A DNA stretch of 63,576 nt, filler included, from Atractiella rhizophila (lineage: Eukaryota): assembly GCA_021432655.1 (NCBI GenBank). It is 6 parts of 6 records of this genome, joined end to end, with 100 filler letters (N's around TTAATTAATTAA, not from the genome) between each part and the next. Parts side by side here need not be neighbours in the genome. Positions count along the whole stretch, not along the records: positions 1 to 24,037 come from MU271625.1; 5 more parts are not named here. The stretch is one strand, 5' to 3'. The position numbers were made by a program, and so were the translations under genes. The first letter of the stretch is position 1. Every line of letters starts with the position of its first letter. Positions 12,545-24,137 of the stretch are shown one piece after another. Below the pieces are notes generated by a model. It was not told the origin of the DNA, made no database searches, and saw nothing but the letters and a program-made list of their open reading frames with translations.

Positions 12545-13500
12545 TTCTCCGGCGACTTCGGAAGAGTTGTAAGCAAGGCAGAGTTTGCCACTGTAAGCCT
12601 ACGCGGTCGCCACAAGATCACGATGTTCTTTTGAATGTTCTCCCCCGAGGTTTTTGGGAGGCAAGAGTTGAATAATTTTTGGGTTTTTCGAGCTGCTTGC
12701 CCTCTTCGAGGGGTTTTTATATGTTTGCCCGGCCCTCCTTCTGATGCATGGTGTTCCAAATAGGTCTCCTCATATTTCATTCAAGAGGAGATGGACGATC
12801 TTGGGAGCGGAGAGCCGTGACAAACGGATTCCTCCAAACCCGTTCGAATCCTGCAGGCAGGAGTGGGTCGGGTATTCCGCACTGTCCTCACCAGTTGTGG
12901 TAGTTCGACAGTTATGACATCGCGATTCAAAGGTACAGTAACGGAAATATCCGAGAAGGGTCGATCGCTCTGCAGAGCTTGGTATTGTCCAACTGATTTT
13001 CAAGAGCTAGGCAACGGGCAACTGACGGAGCTGGGTCGATTAATATTGCAACATGAAAACGACTAGAACGGGGCTTTACGCTCGGTCCTCCCACTTGGTG
13101 TAAGCATGAAATAATCAAAATTAGCATCCTCACTACACAAAGACACGGTCCAAGGAGCCAAAGGTGGACAAGAAAGATGAATGAGCTTCTATTTGCATTC
13201 TCCTCTAAAGCCTACATATTGGACTCAGTCGGCGTCCCATCTCAGAATTATTTCTTCACAAAGGTTCTAAAGGTTCTGCGGCGCCGTTTCAGGATCATTC
13301 AGAACCGCCCGACATTGATGCTTTGCCAATGCTCGAGCGTCGGGTGAAATGTCGCAGCCTTGGCGGCTGGAACCCTGTGAGCGTGACAGGCAGGCTATGC
13401 CATACTCACCGTTCACATGAGGTATGAAGTTTTCAACTTCGTCAATCAATCACATATTTAGGAGCACTGAAGCGAACTGGAAAACTGCCGAGTAATTTGA
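12545..13500. repeat. Upstream region of sulfurase copy 1, homologous to 16044-17000
   Basis: Collinear blocks, e.g. CACTACACAA.GACACGGTC..AGGAG.CAAAGGTGGACAAG at ~13131 and ~16639. Confidence 0.8.
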
Positions 13501-14128
13501 AGTTGTTAATGAGTAGCTTCACTTCACGCACCCTTCACTAACATAAATAATGATTGTTCCCCTTTGAGCCTAGTACGCCGTCCTCCCTACCCAGCTCACA
13601 CCATTTTCGCATACCGCATATCCTATATCACGCCTTCATGCTTCACGTACGTGCTTCGCATCCCATGGTTTTTGATTGAACGAGAACAACCCAGCTGTAG
13701 CCAATCCCGCCCGCCAAACTTACCTGTTTGAGCTTATTTGAGACACCCAAAGCATCAAGATGTATCGATATCGATATAATACATTATAGCTTGAAAAATG
13801 TCTGTGGTGGATGAAGAGACAACGTGCAATCAGTGAATGACCACAGGGTCGATCACCGTGGGCGGTCTGAAATATTACAATATTTGAGCAGCTTAATCAT
13901 TCGGCTGAAGGCGCTTCATGTGGGATGCTGAAGTTTTGTAGGTTCAAAACCTGATCTTGACTCTTCGTCACTCCTAGAGTACTATTTATACACAACATAG
14001 TTTATATGAACGCCTATTCTGAAAGGAACTCGGTCACTCAAACTTATATTCACAAAAAAAACTTGAAGGTGATGATATCGAAATGTGAGAGAGGAACTGT
14101 GCCTCAAAACTTGATAATTTAAACGAAA

Positions 14129-16043
14129 TCATTCGGTAGCCCTGCTTCGCACTGATCTCTGGTGACTGTCCACAACTTGACGGAGCACTCCGGGTTGTAA
14201 GAGAGTCTCGAGAAAGGCCAACAGTGTCCACGCATCCTGGTCATGATCAGATTGACCCCCATTTCGGTGACAAGTATGGACCCCATACCTTGAAATTAGA
14301 CGCAAGTCCAAAAGAGACTCGACAGAGCCCGTCGGCGCGCGGCCCCAATAAAGACCACATGTCCTGGCTTGTATTTCCTGCCTTCACTTGCTTCATCACC
14401 TGTTCTGTGCCCATGAGTACCGCGGCTGCTCCTATTTCAAACTGTTAGCTGTTGCCTGGACACGACGGAGACTAGCCTGGATTGCACATGCAGCCAGAGC
14501 GAAAGCAGATGCCCTGGACGTATCATGAATCTGGATATCGAATGCAACTGCAAGCTTCAACATACCTTTCTACCAGCCTCCTGTTCTACCGCCTCAGAGC
14601 TCACGTAAACTCCATGTTCATCCATGATTTCGAAAGTGACAATGGCCCCATAATGGTTCCTCAATGTGTTCAGATCCAGATTAGGCTGAGGACTTCTAAC
14701 CGCGACTAAGGGTGAACCGGACGAATGCTTCAGGAGCGCCATATTTTGTATCGTCCAGTGCACAAGACAGGGTAATCTTCTCCTTATATCGCCCATGTGC
14801 CCCTGCAAGATATCAAATCCAAGCGGGACGCAAAGGATGCTCAGAAAGTTGATCGTCCCGTCCATAAATCGTTCTGATCCTTTTGCCAGTGTCACGGCGT
14901 CTCCGGGACATTGCGCCAGTTGGACGGTCCCACCGCTGAACCAAGGTTTCTTTAGTTTCAGGAAGAGAGATTTCTTGATGACGAGAGCTCCTAGACCGGT
15001 AGGGAATCCGAATAGTTTGTAAATGCTCAATGCGATAGCGTCGACGGATGAATAATGCTTGAGGGAGATACGACTCGAACCAAGCAGAGCGGATGCGTCG
15101 AGAACGGTCGTGTATCCAAGGGCAGCAGCCTGTGAAAGGAGAGAAAGTGGATACCTGATGCCTGTAAGATTCGATTGACCAGTTAGTACGAAGAGACCTC
15201 TGGATTTGACTGTAGGCGCCGAAGTTGAAGCTGCTTCAAGCCCTTCCTGTTGAAGGCGTGAGCTTGAAGACGTGGTTCCTGAGGAAGCCGACTTACTTTT
15301 ACGGAGGCAGCTGCTCTGAAGTAGTCACCTTCGTCCATTGATAGATAAACAACTTCTGCCCCCCCTGTCTTTGCGAAGCACCTCATACCATTCACGCTGT
15401 CTAATACGTTAGCGATCAGTTCCAGCCAGCCAAAACCTGTATCAAGAACCAACGTACTGTGAGAGTCGACTCCTAGGATGAGTTTCATCCCTTCCTCATA
15501 CTCAAATCCCTCGCCCACGATCCGCAACGCACCAGTCGCATTTGATGTCCAGACGACCTCGTATTCATCTTCGTCAGCGACATCGAGGAAGCTCAACAAA
15601 GCTTTCCTCGCCTCCAAGTCTCCCCCTTCACTCCTTTTCGAGCATGGGTTCGAAGAGTGCGGGTTTCCGTAGACGTTATTCTGTAGCCGATCGGCGAAGG
15701 AAGTGATCAGTCTGGATGGGTAAAGCGCTGCACCAGTGTAGTCGAGATATGTCGTTTGCGAGTCGGAGGAAGGTGCAGGTGAGTCCAGACGGGAGAAGTC
15801 CGTTCTTCTAAGGGAGTCGAGGGATGGGGACGCATAGGCGGGATATGCCGCGATGAAGGAAGAGGACGCTCGCTGGAAATTGGACACGTGTCCAATGGAA
15901 ATAGAGATAATTTCGGAGAACATTAGACTCGACCGCTCGCTGTCCCGCAAGCGGGGCGCCACAGCACGATGACGCTGCATTCGCCTTGACAGCAAAAGCC
16001 ACCACCGTGACCCTTTCTTGCCCTTCAACTCCAACTCTGTCAT
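14129..16043 (-). CDS. Molybdenum cofactor sulfurase-like PLP enzyme, diverged tandem paralog (copy 2)
   Basis: Same motifs and intron positions as 10617-12544; ends DAWTLLAFLETLL...RATE*. Confidence 0.87.
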
Positions 16044-17313
16044 CTCTGCTGCGACTTCGACCTCTCCAAATTCCTTAAGTAGCAGGATATTGTAGCCAGA
16101 GAAGATTTGTCACTCACTCTACAGCTACAAGCCCACCATGTACTTTTGAATGTTCCCCGAGGTCTTTGGGAGGCAACAGGTGCTGAAAATTTTGGGTTAT
16201 TCTAGCTGCTTTCGCTCATCGATGGCCTTTTATATGCTTGCCCAGCCCTCTTTCTGAGGCACGGTGTTCCAAATAGGCCCTCGTCATGATTCAGTATGCG
16301 ATGGGCAACTTTTGTTACTCGAGAGCTGTAACAAATGGATTCCAAGAACTAGTTTGAATCCTACAGGCAGGAGTGACATGTTCCGCTCAATCCTCCTGGT
16401 CGTGGCATTTTCACAGCTGTGACTTTTCGCGCTGTGTCACAATTGTACGGGTGAAGGTCATGGAAAAATTCGAGGACACTGGATCGCTCTGCAGAACTTG
16501 GTTATCATTCTAACTGATTTTCAGCGGGGATCAACATGAAAACGATCGAGAGTTGTCGGTTGTAAAAGTAGAAACCAGGCTTTACGTCTAAGCGCTCTCG
16601 CTCGATGTGAGCATGAAATAAATCGATATTGTTATCCTCACTACACAAGGACACGGTCGCAGGAGTCAAAGGTGGACAAGGAGGATTTTATTGTGTGCAG
16701 TTTATTCTCCTAAAGCCACATACATTGGATCAACTCCTCTGGAGTCATCTCATATGTTTCTCCACACAAAGCCCCAGGCATCATTTCAAAACCATTCAGA
16801 AACAGCAACTGCTTGGAAGCTCTGCTCTGGTCTGCCGTAGGGGGAATCGTTGAACGGAGCAAACCCTGAGTGGAAGGCTATGCCCCTCATCACCTCATCC
16901 TTCATTTGCAGTTACAGCTTCGTCAATCAACCGTATGTGTGGCATACTAAGATGTTAAGAACGCTAAAGCGCAGTGGAAAACTGTCGACGCGAGTAATCT
17001 CAAGCTGTGAAGGAGGAGCTTTACACACCGTTTGCTTCAAATATACAGAAATGGATATTCTCCAAGGTTCTGCCATTTAAACCAACCATTGTACTCCCGT
17101 GTTCCCAGTCCCTGCCCCAGTCTAAATGACCTATGCTGCGCTATTCTTCCCTGTCGTGCTCAGGCAGCTTTAACTTTCTGGATTCCGTCGTGCATCATTC
17201 GTCTCCTTCTACTGACTGACTTTCGGTGGCGGATCCCGCCCGCTGCCAACACCAAGCGATTCTGAATTGTCTCTCCAGCCTCGAGCCTCGATATATATGC
17301 GATAGCTTGACAA

Positions 17314-18469
17314 ATGTCTGTGGTATTCATCACTGGCCCTCCATCCTGCGGGAAGACCACGCGTTCTTCCGAACTCAGCGCATTCCTCGCATCACGCTCT
17401 CTCTGTCCAATCATCATCAACGACGAGTCGCTCTCCCTCTCTCGCAGCGCTTACGATGGTATGTATCCAGACCATCTTCGTGAGAGATCGCAGTGTTGAT
17501 GTTCGTGAATGGAAACAACAGATTCGAAAACCGAAAAACCCGCTCGAAACGCCTTTTTCTCTGCCGTGGTGAGGGTGTTGTCGAATGAAGCGGATGGAGG
17601 GAAGAGAGTGGTCATCGCGGATGGAATGAACTACATCAAGGGCTTTAGGTACCAATTGTACTGTGCAGCGAGAGAAGCGAGGGTCAGACATGTTACTGTG
17701 AGTTTTCGACATCTACCGTAGCTCTAAGAATTGTAACTGATGGAGCGATTTGGGATAGGTCCAGATTGCTGCTCCTCCTGATGAATGCAAAAAGTGGATC
17801 GCTTCTCGTCCCCTTTCAGAGCAATACGGCGAAGCGACGTGTGTCTGCCTCTTCCAAATTATCATTCCATCATCTGATAGGTGGATGGAAGCCTCGAGAA
17901 CCTGATTGGTCGTTACGAAGAGCCCATACCGTCTAATCGATGGGACTCTCCACACTTCCTCATACCCTGGATCGACGGAGAAATCTCCTCTTTACCGATC
18001 GCAGAAGACATCTTGACAGTTCTCACAAGCGGAGAAGTGAAGCGACCCAACATAGCCACCATCGCTGTTAGTTCCCTTCCTTATCACCTTCCATCTTTCA
18101 CAACGACAAGAAATTTATTGATTTCATCCCAACATCGTACAGACACCCGTCTCGACGACAGACTACCTCCACACGCTGGACGGCACGACCACCATACTAA
18201 TCCGGTCCCTGCTCGCCCTCCAAACCTCTCTAGGGAGCGGGCAGACGTTATCCGGCACCTCCCTCGTCCTCCCTCTCGACCTCTCCTCTCTATCCGGTCC
18301 CTCCTCCTTCTCTCTCTCCCTCCCTCCTCTTCCACCAAAGACTCTCACCCTCCCGCTACTGAACAGACACAAACGCGTCTTCGTGCAGATGTCAAAAGCG
18401 AATGGGGTGGAGTACAAGCCGGAGAAGGTGGCGGAGCTGTTTGCGCTCTACCTCTCCACGGTCCTTTGA
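17314..18469 (+). CDS. KTI12: Elongator-associated protein Kti12 (PSTK-like P-loop)
   Basis: MSVVFITGPPSCGKTTR, VIADGMNYIKGFRYQLYC, RYEEP..NRWDSP; multi-exon; C-terminal LTLPLLNRHKRVF..AELFALYL*. Confidence 0.92.
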
Positions 18470-18549
18470 CCAATCCTTCATCTCGACCCAGATAGAGAGA
18501 TAGAAGTAGGAGGGTTGAGTCAGAAGAGGGGAGGGCGGCGAGGTGATGA

Positions 18550-20242
18550 TCAGGCGAAACCGACCAACGCCTCTCTTCCTTTTCGATCGATCCTCAATAC
18601 TCTCCTCCCCACAAGCCTATACACAGCCTTGGTGACTTCTCCTCCGTCCACCGCTCCGCCTTCACCAGACCCAGATCCAGCAGCCAAAAAGGCCTTCAAC
18701 CCATCCATCGATACGAGGGCCTCGTTTCCGTCTCCATCTCCTCCTCCTCCTAATAACGAGGCAGAGAGGCTAGGTTTGACATGCACAGGTAAGGAAGAGG
18801 AAGATGTGAAGTGATGTTGAAGAAGGGTGCGGAGGATCATGCCTTCGGTTGTTTGAGGGAGGAGGGGGAGAAGAGAAGAGTAGGAGGAGGGGAGGGAAGG
18901 ATGAAGGTGTTGGATCCTTGCCTGTCGTGTCAAAGAAAATAGGTCAGCCTGAAATGAGCGGATGAAGAAGGAAGGGAAGGGATACGAACGATGGCTCGTG
19001 AGAGGCTGTGAGATGTAAGACCAGGGAGCAAATCGGATGTAGGTTTAGACTGAGAAGTAGTTTTGGTTGTCGGTGCTGGAGGAAGGAGGGGCGGAGGTGC
19101 CGGAGTGATTAGAGTTGTTGGAGTCGTCGGTTCTGCCTCAATGGTCGGCTGCGTAGCTGACGATGCAATCTTTATCGTCTCTTCTTCAGTCCTTGCCTCC
19201 TCCTTCTGAGTTTCCTCAGCAACATCCACAGATGTGAGACCTGAGCTCGTAGTTGCACTCGCGACCTTCGGCTTTGGCGCGAATGCAGCAAGCTCCTCTT
19301 CCTGCTCCTTCGTCAACGGGGCTCGTTCCTTCTTCGATCCTAATTTGGAGGAAGGAGCAAAAGCCTTGAGCTCCTCTTCCTCCTCAGCAGTCATCGCCTT
19401 CTTCGTCGCCTTCTTCCTCTCCTCTTGTTGAGGGTGTCTCGAAGATGATATTTCATCAATCTCTCCCCCTTTCGCCTCCTGCTTAGCTCGAATGCCGCCC
19501 ACCTTAGATGGGCGGCGAACAGCCGACTTCTTCTTCTCCCGAGACGCTGCCGCCTGACGCGCTTGCTCGACTTCACGTTCCAGGGCGGCAATGGACGCTT
19601 CTTCCGCCGCTATGAGCTCTGAGAGAGCCGTGGAAGAAGAGGAAGAGGAAGAGCCGTTGAGGATGTGTTCGGAGCGAGAGATGGATGACTTGACGGAAGA
19701 TAAGGCAGTGGTGAGGGCGTGAACGCGTTCTTGGAGGTGCGGGATCGGGCTGGTGCATCCCCCTTTCACCATTTGTAGCGCGATAGATGAGAGAATACGA
19801 ACCAAATGTCTAATAACCTCGCCGCCTCAGCCAGGTTTCGTCCACAATCTTCCATCCCATCTCCCGTCCTCCCACCTCCAACGCCCAAACTCTTCGTCCG
19901 CACACTCCTCCTCCCTCCACCAACCGTGCTTCTCCTACCCACGCCCTCCTCTCCTCCTCCCATACTAAGCGCCGCGACTCCCCTCTTCCTCGGCGTCTTA
20001 GCTCTCACATCCGTCGGCCAGATCCCGTCCTCCTCGTCCTCCAACGGCTCTTCGCCGTTTCCGTGTGCGCGCGGCTCGGAGGGCTTGAAGAGCAGGAGCT
20101 CGGAGGGAATGGGGTCCCGGATGCAGTGTTGTTCGAAGGTCTGGGGTGGGAAGAGGGCGGCTGTGGAAATGACGGGAGTGTAGGGGAATGGATGACTGAA
20201 GAGAGCGGAGGAAGAAGCGATGGATGTGAGGATGGTGCTCAT
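18550..20242 (-). CDS. SPC34: DASH/Dam1 complex subunit Spc34-like
   Basis: N-terminal SIASSSALFSHPFP..IRDPIPSELLLF resembles Spc34 (IRD..E..LF), followed by AARLLD, a coiled coil and C-terminal KAVYRLVGRRVLRIDR; introns near 19760-19800 and 18920-18985. Confidence 0.65.
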
Positions 20243-20363
20243 CGTTTATCGGATTATCTGCACAAGTTTGAAGGAGATATCTACGAAAAGTGTAACAAGG
20301 GACTGATTGTTTTTGAGACGCGACGCATTTCTCAGCCAGTATTAGGCGAACAACGCAACCACT

Positions 20364-21211
20364 ATGGCTGCACTTCCACTGCAGTGAGTATCTTTGTTCC
20401 CAACCAGAAGGTACTCTGAGAGGCATAAAGAAACCAGATCTCCATCCATCCCTCCTCAGTAGTGGCAGCCGACACCGATTTACGAGGCATAATCACCATC
20501 GGGCCTCAATGTGTCCTCCATCCCAAATGCACCATTCTCTCTCCCAAAGGTCCATTGATCATAGGACGAGGCAACATCTTCGAAGAGAACACGGTCCTCA
20601 TCAACCGGTTTGTTTATCTCTAATTGGCAGGGAAGGAAGAGGATGAAGTAGAGATGAGGAGGCAGGAGCGTGACGCCCATGCGAATAGGCGATTGGAACC
20701 TCTTCGAAGTCGGAGCTCGCATTGAGTCCCCTGTCATCGGTAACCATAACACCTTCGAGCCCAAATCACGCACCACGTCCCTCGTCTCTATCGGTTCCAA
20801 CTGCTGTATCTCTGCCGGCGTAATCCTCCTGCCGCAGATCACAACAGAAGCCAGTTCCCCGGCTCCGCTACCATCTTCGTCATCATCTGAGACTTCTGAG
20901 GGCGAGGGCGAAGGCGGAGGGATGGAGGTGGAGGTGCAGAAGAAGGAGAAGAAGGTGGAGGAGGAAGCGGAGATGTTGCCTGATTTTACTAGCGTTTTTG
21001 GATTCGGACCGGATGTCGTGAGGAGGAGGTGGACGGGAGAGGGGGAGGGACAGGCGAGAGCGTTGCATGTTAAGCATCTCGAGTATTTACGCGAGGTTCG
21101 TGGCTTACTTTATGTGTGGAGAAAGATAGCTAAAGGTGTTTGGTGCAGACTTTGCCCAAGTTCAATAAGGTGCGACCAACGGATGGAGCAAAGACGCCTG
21201 TTGCTCGATGA
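20364..21211 (+). CDS. DCTN6: Dynactin subunit 6 (p27), left-handed beta-helix
   Basis: Spliced: VAADTDLRGIITIGPQCVLHPKCTI..GPLIIGRGNIFEE, MRIGDWNLFEVGARIE, HVKHLEYLRE|TLPKFN. Confidence 0.88.
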
Positions 21212-21353
21212 GCACTTATGAAGTTGTGACCATGTATGGTATGGGTACAGAGGAGACGAAGGGAATGTGGATGTACTTTTGTATTGCCATTTTACACGAA
21301 CAAGAACAGAACGACACACCTTTCCTTCTCTTCTCCTCCTCCTCGCCCAGCAT

Positions 21354-21936
21354 CTACCGTCTCCCTCTTCCTCCCCTTCCCATACCAGGCCGACTTCCAC
21401 CTCTCCCACCCCTTCCCCTCGGTCCACCTCTAGGTGCACCACCTCTCTCGCCCTCTTTCCGCTGCCATCCCCACCAAGTCCTCATCACCCCACCCTTCTT
21501 TTTCTGACTATTGAAGGCGGAAACACGCACCTTCTTGGGCTTAGGCATATCATCCACCAAGAGCGTATCGAGCGGCAACGAGTCCGGAAGAACGAAGTAG
21601 CGGATGTTGGCTCCTCGGATGGAGAGGGAGTCGAGTGATTGGGGCGAACGGTTCTTCACCGTCATTTTTACCGTCTTTAGATGGGTGTTCATCGACACAT
21701 CCACTCCTAAACCAAACCAATCCCAATACAGACAGAGTCAGTTTAGAATAAAATGTGGAATACGGAAGTGGTGGAGAGACAGACCTATGATCGTTCCATG
21801 TACAACCGTGCCATTCTTCAATTCCACAGTCACAGTCTCGTTGTTCAGCTTTTGGAGGAACCTGTTCCCATGCCACCACCACCCTGTTCAGTAACATTCA
21901 CAAATGGATAAAGTGCACGGACCTGATCAACTTCAT
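21354..21936 (-). CDS. SMD1: Small nuclear ribonucleoprotein Sm D1
   Basis: [62 protein letters not shown] with RG-rich tail. Confidence 0.95.
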
Positions 21937-22562
21937 CTTGCTGTTGCAGTCGCGAGAAGCGGTAGTGGCAAAAGTGGCTTGTCCAATAAAGTTTGTTTGG
22001 AAACTAGACATAGAGTTTGCTGCGCGACCCCTTGTCTTGTTTTCATCATGGACAGTAATGCAGAAGTCTGGTTATTCCGGGTATTGGATAGAGCTGATCT
22101 GATACATACAACTGGGTTACGAGAGTGAGCAGGTGGGCTATTACATTCCTCTAATTGATGAGCAAAACCGCGTGTATGAGCAAGAGGCTGTTATGGAAGG
22201 CTATCGATGAAAATGGCGTAAAGCTATTGTGCTTATTTTACCTGCATTGTTCGGGATGAGCATTGTTCGCGACCCTAACGTGAACAATTAATAATTTCTG
22301 ATAGGAATAATATCCTCATGGGAAGTGACACCTAGAGACGTCCATGGAGCTGTCGAAAGAATGGAGAATCGATTAAATAGTTCTCAGCAATGTTCCTTGT
22401 GGTATGATCAATCCATCGAGGAAGAAGCTTCAACTGCGAGCTCTAGTAGTCAGTCATTGATATGACTTGCCTAATAATTATTTCTATCTTGGATAGATCC
22501 TGTAACAGGGCAAATATTACTTAGGCACACAAATCTACCGATTCTCTATACACTCATCCGAA

Positions 22563-23600
22563 ATGGGAGAACAAGCCAGCGGAGAGATATTGCAGCGGGA
22601 GTTTATGGAGCTCCGTCACACCGTTGGCCATCTGACGAAGGAAATAAAGAATATGAAAGACGAAGTGTCCGAGCTGAAGACCCTGATCCAGAAGCTGTTA
22701 GAGTTGCAGCAAACACCCGCTGTTCCTCTTCTGTCCACTGAGGCATCACAGAAACAACAGAAACCACTTGAAGAAATAGAACTTCCGCAAGGTCAAGATG
22801 AACGGAATAAAGAAAATGGCGCCTATGATGGAATACGTTATGGTAGTGTGATTCAGTTTGTGCTTGGCACTCTGGGAGGTGCTCCCATTGGATTGGTTAT
22901 GATAAAGGTGAGCTGGAATCAACTGACTAAGTTCCATAGCCTGAAGCTAACTCGTAAGTAGCTTGAGACTGCAAGTGGCTCTGATTTGGTTCTTGTAACT
23001 ATTGGTTCCCACGGTGTACTGTATTTTACTTACTGACTCGCAGGATTCTCTCAAATTGCTTCTTCAGGAGCTGAATCGCAATAACGAGAAACACGAGCTC
23101 CGAGTAGAATCACTTATTTGGTACGTTCTCCGCCATGGTATGCTAAATCAATCAATTCACCGTGTGATTCAGCTCCATGTTTTGCGACAGCAAGGACGAA
23201 ACTCTTCACGAATCGCCTTTGCATAATCTAGGAGCGCCATCACAATTCTCAACAGGTGAAATCTTCCTTGAGTCTTTCAAATCACGAGGTAAGTGGTACG
23301 ATGATTGAACAACAAGCTAGGGCTAAACGGAGCGATTATTTAGAGCTTCGACTGGGCTTCATTCTTGAACCGCAGGAATATCCTGCAGTAAATACAGCAC
23401 CAAGCAGAATCTTTCGCCTCGGGAGAGTTATAGATGGAATGGACGTTCTTCATGATTTAGACGTTGGCAAGTCCTATTTTGTGCAGCACGTAGGCATTTT
23501 TCAACCCTGATCATTTGTGCGCGATGTTGTGGCTCCCAATCACTCCTTTTGCTTAGGCGAAGATGTCATGATATTACCACAAATCCAAAGGATCATACTG
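22563..23600 (+). CDS. Hypothetical multi-exon protein with a coiled-coil segment; boundaries uncertain
   Basis: ORF 22563-22961 has heptad-like ELRHTVGHLTKEIKNMKDEVSELKTLIQKLL, followed by several GT..AG intron-like stretches. Confidence 0.3.
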
Positions 23601-24037
23601 TATTTATGCCATATTTTGAGGATGCCTTGAATGCGATTAGGTCAGGCTAGTGCTTGTTTAATTTGAGTAACGTTTCAATTTCCAGATCTGGAAGATCGCC
23701 TAAGTTCGCCTGCTGCGCCGGGGAGCGTTTGTTCTGACCATTGGATCCAAACATTGGTGGCAACATTTCATACAGTCAGGACATCTTCTACCCCAAGTAC
23801 ACACCTACGACGACTTGCGAAACTGCTTTCTTATATCCCTGATACTTAAACTGCGAAAAACATGCATTCCACCAGCTCCCACCATTCCGCCGACACCTCC
23901 CCACCACCTCACTCTGGGGGAGACCAGTATTTAGAGGGTATGGCAGAGGGCTCTGAAGACCTTGAAATGGTTGGGAAGTCGAAGAAACGTCCCAGATTTG
24001 GCCATGGGCAGTGGGCTAGGAACGCCATGGCATGCAC

Positions 24038-24137
24038 NNNNNNNNNNNNNNNNNNNNNNNNNNNNNNNNNNNNNNNNNNNNTTAATTAATTAANNNNNNN
24101 NNNNNNNNNNNNNNNNNNNNNNNNNNNNNNNNNNNNN
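24038..24137. other. Artificial contig linker (44 N + TTAATTAATTAA + 44 N)
   Basis: All-frame stop spacer inside Ns. Confidence 0.98.

Noticed and set aside
13886..13965. tRNA-like look: GGCTGAAGGCG, CTTCA..TGAAG stem and AGGTTCAAAACCT T-arm-like hairpin
   Set aside because: No 7-bp acceptor stem, no proper D-arm and a 10-nt anticodon loop; cannot build a cloverleaf.
10617..18469. Functional cluster of sulfurase-like genes with KTI12 (tRNA wobble-U modification plus sulfur transfer)
   Set aside because: Wobble thiolation uses the Nfs1/Uba4/Urm1/Ncs2-6 route; adjacency in a compact genome is not evidence without conserved synteny.
24082..24093. TTAATTAATTAA as piggyBac TTAA target or biological repeat
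   Set aside because: Always centred in fixed-length N runs; synthetic spacer.
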